From: Adineta vaga
Taxonomy: Eukaryota > Animalia > Rotifera
DNA length: 64,000 bases
NCBI GenBank assembly: GCA_021613535.1
Contig: CP075493.1
Span: 1,674,001-1,738,000 of the forward strand
Direction of reading: 5' to 3'
A program made the translations under genes and the position numbers. The notes under the pieces are model-generated. The model had not been told where the DNA came from and made no database searches. It saw nothing but the letters and a program-made list of their open reading frames with translations. Shown piece after piece: positions 11,301 to 23,578 of the stretch (its first letter is position 1; each line of letters opens with the position of its first letter).

Positions 11301-14300
11301 TTGAACAATTTGAACGTGCAATGAACGATGAAGAAATGATTAATCATCGAGATGGTTTTGTTCTTGTTCTTTTTTTTGTATGTGTGTAGTTCTATCGATC
11401 AGTAGAAAAGATCGATTTGCAAATCATAACAGTTCTTTTCCGCCTAGATTATAGTCATGCGTGCTTCGATCAAGACTGAACTCTTTTGCACTATCTTGGA
11501 AATTTAATCCAGACATAGTAGTCTATATATCCGGAAAGAAAGACTCGATTTTTCTTATTCTTCTTCTTCTTTTTTTTCTATCTAATAAAATAACAATAAT
11601 GGGGAAAAAAAGGAGAAAATGACTATTTCATTATCATTGAGTTTGATCTAAACAAGCATCTAGAGTCAATGCCATTCAAATCATTCGCCGGAACTAGCCT
11701 CTTCGACTTTCTCCGGGTGATAGGCACATTTTCTTCTTTGTAGACAAGTGTTTCGTTCATTTCGCGTCTGTCATTTTTCTCAATATTATAGTTTATTCCA
11801 AGAAATATTTATAATTCTTGGTAGAAATTGTTATCTTTTGTATTCTTCTATAAACTTTTCGAACCAATTTTTCAAATGTTTGTATGCGAAGCATATACTT
11901 GACAGATGTGTGTGATGAAAAAAATATTAAGGAAAGAAAAATACCTACATAATAAAAGAGGAAGAGGGTTTTTTCTTTTGAAAAAAAGCTCTTCGAAAAA
12001 AGAAATATTCAATTGATGGATAGAATTACTCTTGTCTTTCAAGGAGTTTATTTTAGTTTTTTTTTATGAAAATTTATCAATCGCTTCAAATTTCAGGAGT
12101 TTAAGATAAAATTTAAATGACACAAAAAGAACGAGAGAGAGAAAGAAATTGAACAATTAAATATTCATTTCGACACCATATTTTGTCAGCGCAGCGTAGT
12201 TTGTTATACATGTAATTTGGAATGAAAACCTTGAGAATGCATTTTATTATTTATATATATCTAATGACATGTCAAATTCTGTTGTTAGTTATAACAGGTC
12301 TTTAGACGTCTTTCCCTTCTTTTTTCCTTCCGTCGTCTCTGTTTCTCCCAAGAGTCTGTCTACGTCTCCGATGATAGTCTTAAAAAAATTATGACACGTA
12401 CGCATACATAACGAGGAGACAGAGAGAGAAGAGAGCGAATAACCACCACTACCACTACTATTACTACCACCGTCCTATATTCGTGTAATGATTTCCTTGC
12501 TTGCTTGCTTTCTTTCTCGCTGTTCTCCAAGGACGGTCGTCGAGGCGCTCTTAAAGCTCATTCTGCACATATTCACTCGTTGTACTTGTCCTTCCTCTGT
12601 CTCTGTATATTTACACTCGAATATCGTAAGAAGTAAGTCATTTTACTATTCTTAGTGTGTTCATAGAATCACAATACAATGTTGTTTTAACATACATACG
12701 TAGTGTTTCACAGTTTATGTCAGAAGAGCAAAAGAAGCAAAACGAAGAATAGAAAAATATATGAACAAATAGAAACTAATTGTATTAATCCTTTAGATTA
12801 TATATATGTCACATTTTACTTGCTCGATTTCTTTTTCTTTTGCATTTTTGACTTGATGTTCACATTCTATCAGTCACTGTCATCGTTGTCCTTCGACCAT
12901 TCTAGGAGAGAGATGAAGGTTTCCTCTACCTTCTTCTGTATCATAATAAATATGAAATAAATGATGCGTATGTTCGAAATTGTCGTTACAGGAAGAAGAT
13001 GTTCAGATAAGTTTATTTATGATCATTAGAAGCAAATGATTCGATGAACAAGATAGATAGAAGAAACAAATTTATTCATCAATAGATACTCGAAAGAAAT
13101 TAGAAAGAATACATCTTAGTTCTAATTGCATCATGATCAAGTTTTTTTCGCCTCGATAATTGTCGTTGAAAAAGAAAAAGAAAAATTTGATTTCCGTTAA
13201 CATAATCATCATCAGCAGAAGAAGAAGAAGAAACAAAAAGGAGTTGGTTCAATTTCTTTTTCTTCTCTTGTCTTCATCTCATCATTTGATTTTTATCTAG
13301 CATGTTATATGAATATGTACATGAAGATGATGAATGTTGCGGGAATCGATTGAACATGAAAATGCTATTGTTATTAGATAAGCACATGATGAGGTGAATA
13401 ATTAGTTTTGAAGATAATAATGATGTTTCGACGAGCCTCATCATCTATTATATGTATATATATATATCGAAGACATTTTGTTTATCGAATCCCTCGATGA
13501 ACATGTTTCTCAATGACTACATGAGATCAGAATAAAAAAAAGAGAAGAAGAAGAAGATGAATAGTCGATTCTTTCATTTCATCGATCGATGAATGTACGT
13601 ATAGATCAACAAAATATTTCTTTATGTAATTGAACGTCCATACCCTCACAATACCCTTGAGATAAGTCTGTATGTAAATGTGTGACTAAAATGAAGACGA
13701 AGAAGAAACGACACAGAAGTTATGATAAGAAAATCTTTAAACATTATCTTTTGTCTGATGATATTTTCATTATCGAATGATAACTATTCTGAGAAATTTT
13801 TATTAGCCTTTTGACATCAGTTTTTATTTTTTAACTTTCAAATCTAATTGTATAATCTTGATGCTTGTCAAGTAGAACAATAGTTAATCTGCATGTTCTC
13901 TTTCTCTTTCACACACTCTTCAGTTCACATATTTGCTTTGAAGCATCGAGATAAGAAATGACAGACTTCGTTAAAAAAAACTAGCAACAGCCAGTAATTG
14001 CTTGAAGACATCGGATATACATTGGAGGTGAATGGATCATCGCTCTCTATCATCAGTAGGAGATTTGATGATGCGATTGCGTCTGGTAATACACGTCTAA
14101 GGAAAGGTCATTTACTTTATATTCGGATGCTTTTGTTTTTCATCATTACTCGTCTTCTGACGTTTTCATTGATGATAAAACAAGATGAAAGATAGATTCC
14201 ATTCTTTCTCTCTCTCTCTCACTCTCATTTTTTCAAACACAACTGATAAGCCAACATTGTTAATATGTTTATGTATATGAAATATTGACACGTCTCATTT

Positions 14301-15657
14301 TTATTATAGATATACATGAAGGGTAAAGTTCTGAAGAATTGAGATACAGCTGACGCACATTCTTCTTTGTCGTTTCTTTTATATTGCTCTCTTCTTTTTG
14401 TCTCCGTGCTCTTTTTTTTGATGATTACGGCTTTGAGGACACTCATCGTTTTATATATAGACCGCAAGCACGTATTTTCGAAGGTTTTCTTTTCTGTCTA
14501 TCTCTAACCGCTTTTGCTCCAATTAGATCGAAGCAAACATAGGTAATTATCGTCATCAATGATATTAAATGTATGCGCCTATTTATTAACGACAGGTGTC
14601 ATACATAATCATCGTAAAAAACAAAAAAAGAGACCTGTTTTGATCAATAAGAAAAATTGTGACAGTTAGGGAGAAAAAAAGAGAAAAACCTCTATTGGTG
14701 TTAGAAAAAAAATCAAGATAAAAGGCATTGATAAATCATTGTCCAGATGATTTAGCCTCGAGACGGCGTCATTACAAGGTTTCTTTCTTTTTCTTCTTCT
14801 TGTACGTTTTTGTTTAACAATGAGACAAACAAATGTGAAAATTAGACAGTGGCAGATAGATCATCAAGAAACCTAGATTAACTATCATTTGACAGCTTGA
14901 TAGTTGTTTTATGGAGGAAGATGATCTATCTTTTCATCGCTGCTGTCTTATTTTGACTACTGGAGACAGATATCTTCTCAAAGCCTTTTGTGGTTTGTGT
15001 ATTTTCTCTCGTTTTTATGCGAGGGTGTTTGTGTGCATCTTCCTTTCTCTTTTCTTCTCTTCACTTGTTGAGATGAGAAGGTTGTCTGATGTCCAGACCA
15101 AAATAACGTAAGAAAGAAAAGAAGCAACACTTATAGACAAAAATGCATTATAAGTATTCGTTTTTTTGACGTGTATAACGGGTAATAGAGGGTAAAAAGT
15201 TGAGAGAAGAGAAGGAGAAAAACGAGAGAAGAAGAAGAAAAGAAAAAAAAAGAGAAGAAAAAATTATTCTCTTTCTATTAGTCTCTTTTTTTCTGTTCGT
15301 TTACGTATGTTGGTTTGTAACCGCAATAAACCACCACTACCACCACTAACATCATCACTACTCTGAATACAATCGTAACCACCATCAGCGAGAGAACGTC
15401 GACGTAGCGTCGGCAGCATCGACGACGGCAGCACCTAGCGCATTTTTTTCTCTTTCTCTTCTATGCATCCATTATGTAAAATACGTTTCTCCTCACATTC
15501 ACATATTCGTGTTAGCAGTCGAAGAAAAAAAAAAGAGAAAAGAATGGAAGAAATGGAAAGAGAGTATCTACCAACTTTCCCCCCCATTACTACTAACGGC
15601 AAAGTTTTTGTTTACAATAACTGACGACAACGACGAGTTGGGAAGAGAAACAAGTTT

Positions 15658-15778
15658 TTTCTTCTTCTTCTTCTTCTTCTCTTGCGTCGTCTTCTTTTTT
15701 CACTACTCTCCTCACCTTCAATTTTTAATTTTCTTCTCTTTACCTGTTCCATCTACCTTCATCATCATCATCATCATC
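15658..15778. repeat. (TTC)n and (CAT)n trinucleotide microsatellites
   Basis: ttcttcttc... at ~15659-15680 and catcatcat... at ~15760-15778. Confidence 0.8.
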
Positions 15779-16577
15779 GTCAACATCACTATCGATAGGT
15801 AAGGTGGACTGTTTAAACATATATTAGAAGGACAAGTATACCACTTATGCTTTCACTTTTTTTAGCTGCTTATTTTTCTCTTTCTTTCTTTCTTTGCTCC
15901 CTTGTTCTCCTGAGCTCTCGCGCTCTCTCTCTCTCGTTTTGTCTCTCTCATCATTTAATCACTCCGATCGACAATCTCTTCAAATGTTTTACTCAAGCAT
16001 ATGTATGTTTTGTTTCTCAAATGTTACCCGTTCTCCCAGTATGCTCTGAGCGTATGTTTCTTCTGACTGTGTCGATGTCGTGTTGACTAAGAATAATAAT
16101 CGAATCGTAATCAATATACCGAAATATGACTAATCTCGATGAGGCAAGAAATGAGCAATACAAGATGCAAAGGCTGATTACTCATTGATGTTTCTCAAAG
16201 TGTTGGAGAAGAAGAAAAAAAACCCAGGAAGGACGATATCGAGTAAAACAGCAAAAGAGAAACAGAGAAACAGAGAGAGAAAACTAGTGGTCAGAACACT
16301 CGTATACATAGACATAAAATTATTCTTATATTTTCCAGACGCATAAATCTAAAGATTGTTACATCATCAGATATCTTAACATATACGTATAGTGAGATAG
16401 TAAGCAATAGTGTATATTCAGTTTTTTAGATTGTTTTCTTCTTCGTCTTCTTCTCGGTTTTCTCTTTCTTTTCTTTCCATTAAGAAGTTATTATTCATTT
16501 AAGCGATAAAAAGATGTTTTCGTCCGATTAGTAATTGTTTTTCTTGTTATTCATATTTCAATGATTATTTTTTCTAG

Positions 16578-16693
16578 ATTCTGTTTATCACTCGGTCCAA
16601 AGATCGATATTTATAGTCTATTCTTCTACTAGTTCAATTAATATATATTTGTGCAGATAGCTGTCACTTATAGTCAACATTTCTTCATTCTAG
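16578..16693 (+). other. Probable 5'-UTR exon of the LRR membrane protein gene
   Basis: Polypyrimidine-TAG acceptor ending at 16577, AG|GTAAG donor at 16694, then an intron to the TAG at 16781-16783 just upstream of ATG 16811. Confidence 0.55.
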
Positions 16694-16810
16694 GTAAGAT
16701 AAAGTCCATTTCGTTTTTTGACAAAAAACAACACCAAGAAGAAACATTTCGTCATCTAATATCTTTTTCTCTTGTATATTTAGCCTTCGATCCCAAAGAA
16801 TTCAAAACAA

Positions 16811-19232
16811 ATGTTGCGCACAGCGTTATTATCTTTATTCTTATTGGTATCATTAACAACATCAACATCAATTATTCGACGAAAAATTTCTCGTCGACAA
16901 GCAGATTCTTCCTACTGTCATGCTATTGATGGATTTGAATGTAAATGTTCACATTATCGTGTAACATGTACAAACGAGCGTGCATTCAATGCTCCAATAA
17001 TAATATCACAAGATGAAAAAAATAAATATCAATCGGTTGAATTGGTTATATCTGCCATACAAGATGTTCAAGTTGATGATCGTACATTTGAACCAGTCAA
17101 AGAATTATATAAACCAGACACTGATAATGCTGAATTTCGTGTAAAATTCGAAAAATTTACTGCTCTTCGTTTATCATCACCTGGCTTATTTAATCGTGTC
17201 TTTCCCGATAGTTTACCATCGAATGCACGAAAACATATCGTAAGTGAAATCAAATCGCTTTTTCTTCTCATTGTTTGTTTTCATTTGACTAGGCATTGGA
17301 AATTTATAATCCCGATGTTCCACCTCATGATGATGTACACTTATTTCAAAATTTACAAGCTGATTCATTGGAACTTTATGCATTATATCCATTTCATGGT
17401 ACATTTCAACAAATTTTCGATGGTGCAAACATCAAATATTTACGTTTAAGTGGTGGCGAAATCCGAACGGATGTTTCTCAACCATTCTCAGGCAATATTC
17501 ATCGTTTGGAATTAGCTAAACAAGCGAATACATTGAGCGTACGAAACTTTCCGGTATATCCAGCACATGAAATGATTATCAACGCTTTTTATATCAGTGA
17601 ATTTAATAATGAAAATCCACCCAATTATGATAATTTAGGTGAATTACGTGTTCATAGTATCGAAAATATTCCAGCTGGTGCTTTTCGTCAATATCCAAAT
17701 ATTCATACATTATCTGTTCATAGCGACAAAGAGATTGATCCACATGCATTTGATGGTTTAGATCGTTTAGAAAAATTGATTATTAAAGATTCCAAAACGA
17801 ATATGGAACATATCAATAATTTACCCAATGTGAAAGAACTCGAAACTAACATCGAAAAATTAGATGCAAATTTACAATGTAAATTAATTGAAAAATTAGC
17901 TAATGGACAAGTTGCTGTTCAAGGTAAGATATTTGTTGTTGTTGTTTTTTTTTGTCTTCGCTAATATCTTGTTTAAATGAATTGAATTTTAGCTATCCCA
18001 AATGGTCGCGAGTGTACATGTGTAGCTGCATATTTGGATACAGCTGCAGGTCGAGCACCATGTGATGCACAGGATTGTGACCAGTCATCATGTAATGCCA
18101 TTAAAAATAGTTATAATGCGGAAACACGTCAATTTACACCTCCACCACCTATTCAACGAGCGGATGGTACAGATGCTTTACGTCAACGTGAACCACGTTT
18201 ATATACAGCACCATTTCAAGTTTCACGACAAGATCAAGAAAAATTAAATCAAGGTTTACCACCTCCAACACAACCACCACAAACAGATGAGGGTGAACAA
18301 CGACCTGATCAAGATGGTGATAGTCAATATAATCCAGATCGTCCACAAGGTAAGTTCAAAGCAAAATAGTAGTAGTAGTAGTTGTTGTAGATCAAGCTTT
18401 CTCAGCTGTAGAAATTGCTAGTAATTAGAAAGACAAAATAAATAAATAGAGATGTTTTTTTTCTCCTTCGATAACGTTTGATGGCATTTATCCTTCATGG
18501 TCTACTTCGCTTTCTTCGGATCGTATTGATTATGTGAATAAACATTAGAGTAAAAATTTAGATTCCTATCCATCATATGTAGATTATTATGGACATAAGG
18601 AATCAACTTTCGGTCCTAACGATCAGGAAGAACCAAAATGGGATTATCTAGATTCTTATGGAGTAACAACAAAAAAGAGTGATATTGATTATTGGAATGA
18701 TCCTGTTATTGAAACTACTACAAATGTCATACAAAATCCATTCGTTGACGGTATAAAGCTATCAGAAAATGATAAATACATATATACAACACTTTCAGCT
18801 TTTATGACTTTTCATAAAAATGAAATCAAGAGCTGAATATTGATTACACGATCGCTATTCTGAACATTTATGGTTTTTGCTTTTTGCTCTTGAAAATACT
18901 TTTTGTATCGATATATAAATATGAATTTTTCTATTTTAGAATCGCGCGATGAATATGGTTCATCTTCTGTTCCAAGTGAAAATCAACCTGATACTAGTGA
19001 TAATTCAGGTGTCGTTGGTCCAATCGACGGAAGCTCTGGAAATGGAACTGATACAAGTGGACCTGGAAAGAGAAAAATGAGTTGGCTACCAATAATCATT
19101 ATCATTGCAGCTATTGTTGCACTTCTTCTTATTGGTTTAATCTTTTTACTTATTCGTAAAAAACGTGCTAACAAAGGTTATAATCAAGCAGCAACAGGCG
19201 AACCAAGACCGGAAACTGGAGCTCGAGCATAA
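16811..19232 (+). CDS. Type-I membrane protein with a leucine-rich-repeat ectodomain
   Basis: Signal peptide, Cys-rich N-cap (CHAIDGFECKCSHYRVTC), LRR-like repeats (IENIPAGAFRQYPNIHTLSV; EIDPHAFDGLDRLEKLII), CTC-containing C-cap, Pro/Gln/Ser-Gly stalk, TM (WLPIIIIIAAIVALLLIGLIFLLI) and a short basic tail. Exons ~16811-17239, ~17293-17922, ~17993-18348, 18562-18750 and ~18940-19232. Confidence 0.85.
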
Positions 19233-20514
19233 ACTTCTCGTTTTTAAATTTTGTTTACAATTCTTTGTCGTTTCGTCTTGTGTTTTGTTTCGTTTCATTT
19301 CATTTCTCCTTCTTTTCTCGTCGGTGTTCCTCCGCACTTTAAGCAAGAGCAAGTATTATTATTATTATTATTCTTATTATTATTGAATCGAACATTCTAT
19401 TAGCTTAGTATACAAAACAAGAAAAATCGAACTAGACGATACATCATGTGCGTGTGTGTGTGTGTATTTTCGATCATTCTTATCGAAAGATTTCTATCTA
19501 TATCTCTATCTTCGTATTCATATTCACGTGATGAATTTTTGTGCTCTTTCGTGTCTATATTTCATTCAGGCTTTTTGTTTTGTTAAAATAGAAAAATATC
19601 GTTTCTTCTTCTCTCTCTCTCTCTTGTGGACATTCACACATTCATCAAGTATTTTGTTGTTGTCATTTCCTCTTACTAATACCTTCATCTTCTCCTTCTT
19701 TTTCGTACAAGAAAAAGTGTTTTATTCTAGATTAACTATTTCTATATTAAGTGTGCAAATGTGTCTGTATTTCTTGTAATTTGCTACTCTTTCTCTTTTC
19801 ATTCTTGATGTTTCTCAATTTTAATTTGGTTTGGTATTTTTTTAGCAAGTTTTAATTTTGTCGCTCTGTCTCTGTCTCTCTCTCTCTCTCTTTTTCAATT
19901 CACACGCACACAACATAACATGCTACTATTTCTTTTCTCTCTCTATAATTTTAAAATTTGTTATAAAGACAGGAGCAAAAAAAAAGAAAGAAAGAAATTA
20001 TCAAAAGTTCTTTATAGTTTGAGTGCGGAAATGAAACAAAAGAAGAACGAAGAATTGCATGACTAGTGATTTCCGAATTCACAGGAAAATATGCTTTCTA
20101 AGTACAACGAGAAGATCCTCTAAGCAGTCATTAGAAGAAAAACGTTTCTTTGTCTCTCGATTCGGAAATGATCAAAATCTCTAGAGATAAAATTGACTTG
20201 AATTTTTGACACAAATAGAAATAAACAGATCTTATTCATTGATAATTCGTAAAAGCAACTAATTCTCATTTTCATATTAATTAAATTCCCGTGATAATAA
20301 CGAAATAATCATTCTGTTCGATTATTTTTTGTCTCGATGTCCTTGAATTGTGATGAGATAAACATACATATACATGGATACACTCCTTGCTTTTTATTTA
20401 ACATAAACGTAGAAAAAAAAAGAATGGTAATAATTAGACATATTATCTTATCAAAAAAAGAGAAGAAAAAAAAATTACATTTAGAAAACGTGAAAAAATG
20501 CTTTGATATGTTGT

Positions 20515-21695
20515 TCATGGCAATTGTAAATATTTCTTTTCATCATAGTATTCCTCGATTATATCATAGATTTGTTTGATGGTTTCAATGAACCGATTAT
20601 ATTGTTGTAATAAATCGTTTTTATGACCATGAAATATCACTTCATCTAATTGTTTTCGAGATGGTAATATACGAAAACCAACTTTGACTGAATTACGAAT
20701 TAAAAATCCATCTAAATGAAATGAAAAAAAAAGATTATCTTTAGAAGGTAAATTAAGTGGAACGTAGCAAAGTCCAATAACTAGTGTGACAGATATGGTA
20801 AGACACAAAACAAATATTTTTCATAAGAAACAAGGACATGCTTGTCTTTCTGTTTTTTTTTGATAAGATTTTTAATAAAAAAAACCTCAAAAACATAATG
20901 TATCATCAGAATTCGTAATTGGAAACGACTTTTTTTCTTCTCTTCTCATGGAATGAAATTAGTTCTAGTCGGAAACTGTCATTTCAAGGTTGTTGTTTTA
21001 GATCGAAAGAAAACAATGTTTTCTTCTTATTTACATGTCATGGTAAAATTCGTTTTTCTCTCTTTCTCTCGGAAATTTGAAACGTACGGTGATGAGATAG
21101 AGTTGCGTCATAACAACTCGTTGCAATCATTGATGTATGTTCTGTTAATGGTCGATCATTTAATGCTTGAAGAAATTGAATAATAAACAATAAAGCACGA
21201 TGAAGTCGTAATAAAGTTCGAGTAAAATTCGCTTCGGGATTTGTTTTGATTAAATTTTGTTCAGTTTCATAATCGATTGCATTTTGAATTGTATCGAAAT
21301 GTTTCGTTGGATTCTTTTTATCTTTATCAACATAAGTTTGAAGAATATTTAGTTTATCAACAACATCATCTTTAACAAATCGAAAGACACGACCGAGTTG
21401 ATCGAAAAATCTATTGTAAAGAAGAAAAAGAAAATGTGAATTTCTTCGGTTTTCGTTGTCTTTACTTTATTAATTCTCGATAACCATTGATATAATCCTG
21501 TGTACTTATCGGCGATTTTGGATTTTCAGGTTGAAGTAATGCTGATGTGAATGTATTATAAACACGTTGTACATCGAATCCATTCGATATGATATTTGGT
21601 TCGACAATATCTGTCGATCGACGTTCTCGTAGTTTGTCTGTCGACGAACTGATTAATGTACTTCCAGAACGTGAAGATCGGGATTCTTTATTCAT
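20515..21695 (-). CDS. CPTP: Ceramide-1-phosphate transfer protein / GLTP-domain protein, 3 exons
   Basis: Spliced: YINGYRELIKFFDQLGRVFRFVKDDVVDKLNIL...NFTRTLLRLHRALLFI...CYDATLSHHHGFLIRNSVKVGFRILPSR...YLQLP*. The RTLLRLHRAL motif and C-terminal LP are typical of CPTP/ACD11. Confidence 0.88.
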
Positions 21696-22932
21696 TGTAC
21701 AAATTCACCGTATTTACCAAAACAATTAAAGAGAAAGTAAATGACGCAGAAAGAAAAAACGGCGCTTGATAAATATAATCAAGTTATTTTCACTACTACC
21801 AAGGTAAAAAGAATCACAACGAAAACGTTTATCATATAATATGATATATTTACATATATGTAATCTTTGTCATATTCAGTAGAAAATAAGCAAAGGTGTA
21901 TTCAGTCGAAAGTTCGCAATCATTCGTGTTAGATAATTTTACTTAGATTATTTGAAAGTAAATATTCATTGTATCATATTTTTCTTTGTCAAATTCCAAC
22001 ACGATATGGATATAAATAATCTCTCTGAATCGAAAGATATGAATGTTTGTACTTCAATGAAGAAAATAGATTCCAGGTTATAACATACTTTTGAAAATAT
22101 TTGATTTCTACATGTTATTGAGTATATCTTATCTCTCGAGTATATATATATGTTTGAAAATAAATAGATTATGAATGCTATTGAATAAGAGAAGAAAAAC
22201 AAGATCTATTTTCATTGAATATTTACAAGAAGAAAGATATTTTTATATTGAATTAGGAAATCATATGATCGAAATGATTAAATTTATTTAAATACTAAAA
22301 ATAGATTAGAATGTTCGTTCAATAGAATTCATTTTGTTCTTCAACATCGAACGATCTATGTCTTTCTTCTATCGGATGTGAAAAGAACATAATAATTCTT
22401 TCGTACTAAGATATACTTCAATGTAAATGTGTGTTTCGTATAGATTAGGTTATTTTAGTTGAATAAAAATGCATGAAAGTTTCTAATTACCTTGTATAGA
22501 TAATATATTAGAAGATTTTGATACATATATCTCGTGTTACTGTTAGAAATGAAAAGAACAAGATTTAGTTAGCTGTGATTTGTATGTGAATTCATGAACA
22601 ACATGTAGCTATATGCATGATTTACATTGAATTATGCTGAAGTTTAACTGTCTAATCGTTTAATTTCGCTTAGTTGATTCTCTTTTTCTATATCTTCTTT
22701 TTTGTATTACACATTATATTACCGTAAAAAGAATCCAGCTCATTTTCTTTCTTTCTTTCTTTTTTTCTCCTTTTCACTACCCATTTATCATTAGTATTCT
22801 ATTATCGTCGTAACTTGCAATAAGTTCATTTTCATTCAACATTCTACTAAACATTAACTTATGTAAGAAATTATACGACACAATCTAGGTTAACTTTCTA
22901 CATTATTGAAGATTATTCAATTCTTCTTCATT

Positions 22933-23578
22933 ATGGTTTTATTCTATGGTTTATTAGCTCTTGAAACAGCTAATAACACAATAAGTTCAATATCTGAACG
23001 TCGAAGTCAATCGAAAAAGTTCATTGTTTCTCAACATTCTACAGAACGAAAATCTTCATCTTCAAATTCATGGATTTATACGAAAGATTTACAAAAACAT
23101 ATTGATGAACATTATCTATTTCCTCGTACTTCAATGCCTGAAAGAATTTCACCAGAAAATTCTAATCGAAACAATTCATGGATCTATTCTCGATCAATTC
23201 ATAATCATATTGCTTATTCAGCATTGAAATTATCTTCATCAACATATTATCTATCAAATCAGGATCAATTTACCAGAAAACAATCGAAATATCACAAAAG
23301 ATCATCATCTTTGAAAACAAAACTAATCACAACAATAAAACATCAGTATGTACAATTCATTATGGATTTTATAAACTTATCATTACATTTGAAATTATTT
23401 TAGTTCTACAACTCCATTACAACCATTGAATATCAATCCAGATCCAATAACTAAAACTACAAAATTCACACGTTTACGTTCATTTTTTTCTTTACCATCA
23501 ACAAGTACATCGCCGATTTCAAATCAACAACCAAGATCATCATTTCTGTCACTGTCGAAACGAACTATAAAACTATAA
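22933..23578 (+). CDS. Uncharacterised Ser-rich basic protein, at least 2 exons
   Basis: ORF 22906-23345 joins through a phase-2 GT-AG intron (~23346-23403) to an open exon STTPLQPLNINPDP...SKRTIKL*, with TAA at 23576-23578. Start uncertain. Confidence 0.55.

Noticed and set aside
8100-16500. Many 60-100 aa ORFs in the ORF track (e.g. 9490-9684, 12703-12960, 15509-15802, 15847-16086)
   Set aside because: F/L/K/I-rich translations of poly-T/A and microsatellite DNA, mostly non-ATG starts, with no motifs or exon chains.
8100-16800. Conserved miRNA, snoRNA or spliced-leader RNA genes in the long non-coding block
   Set aside because: Only short partial word matches (e.g. TGAGATCA, TGAAAGACAT, TGATGA...CTGA). 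No full mature sequence or convincing hairpin by eye. An Infernal/Rfam scan would be needed.
19165-19779. Hydrophobic ORFs downstream of the LRR gene
   Set aside because: T-rich 3'-UTR with (TAT)n, (GT)n and (CT)n repeats. The hydrophobicity is a compositional artefact.
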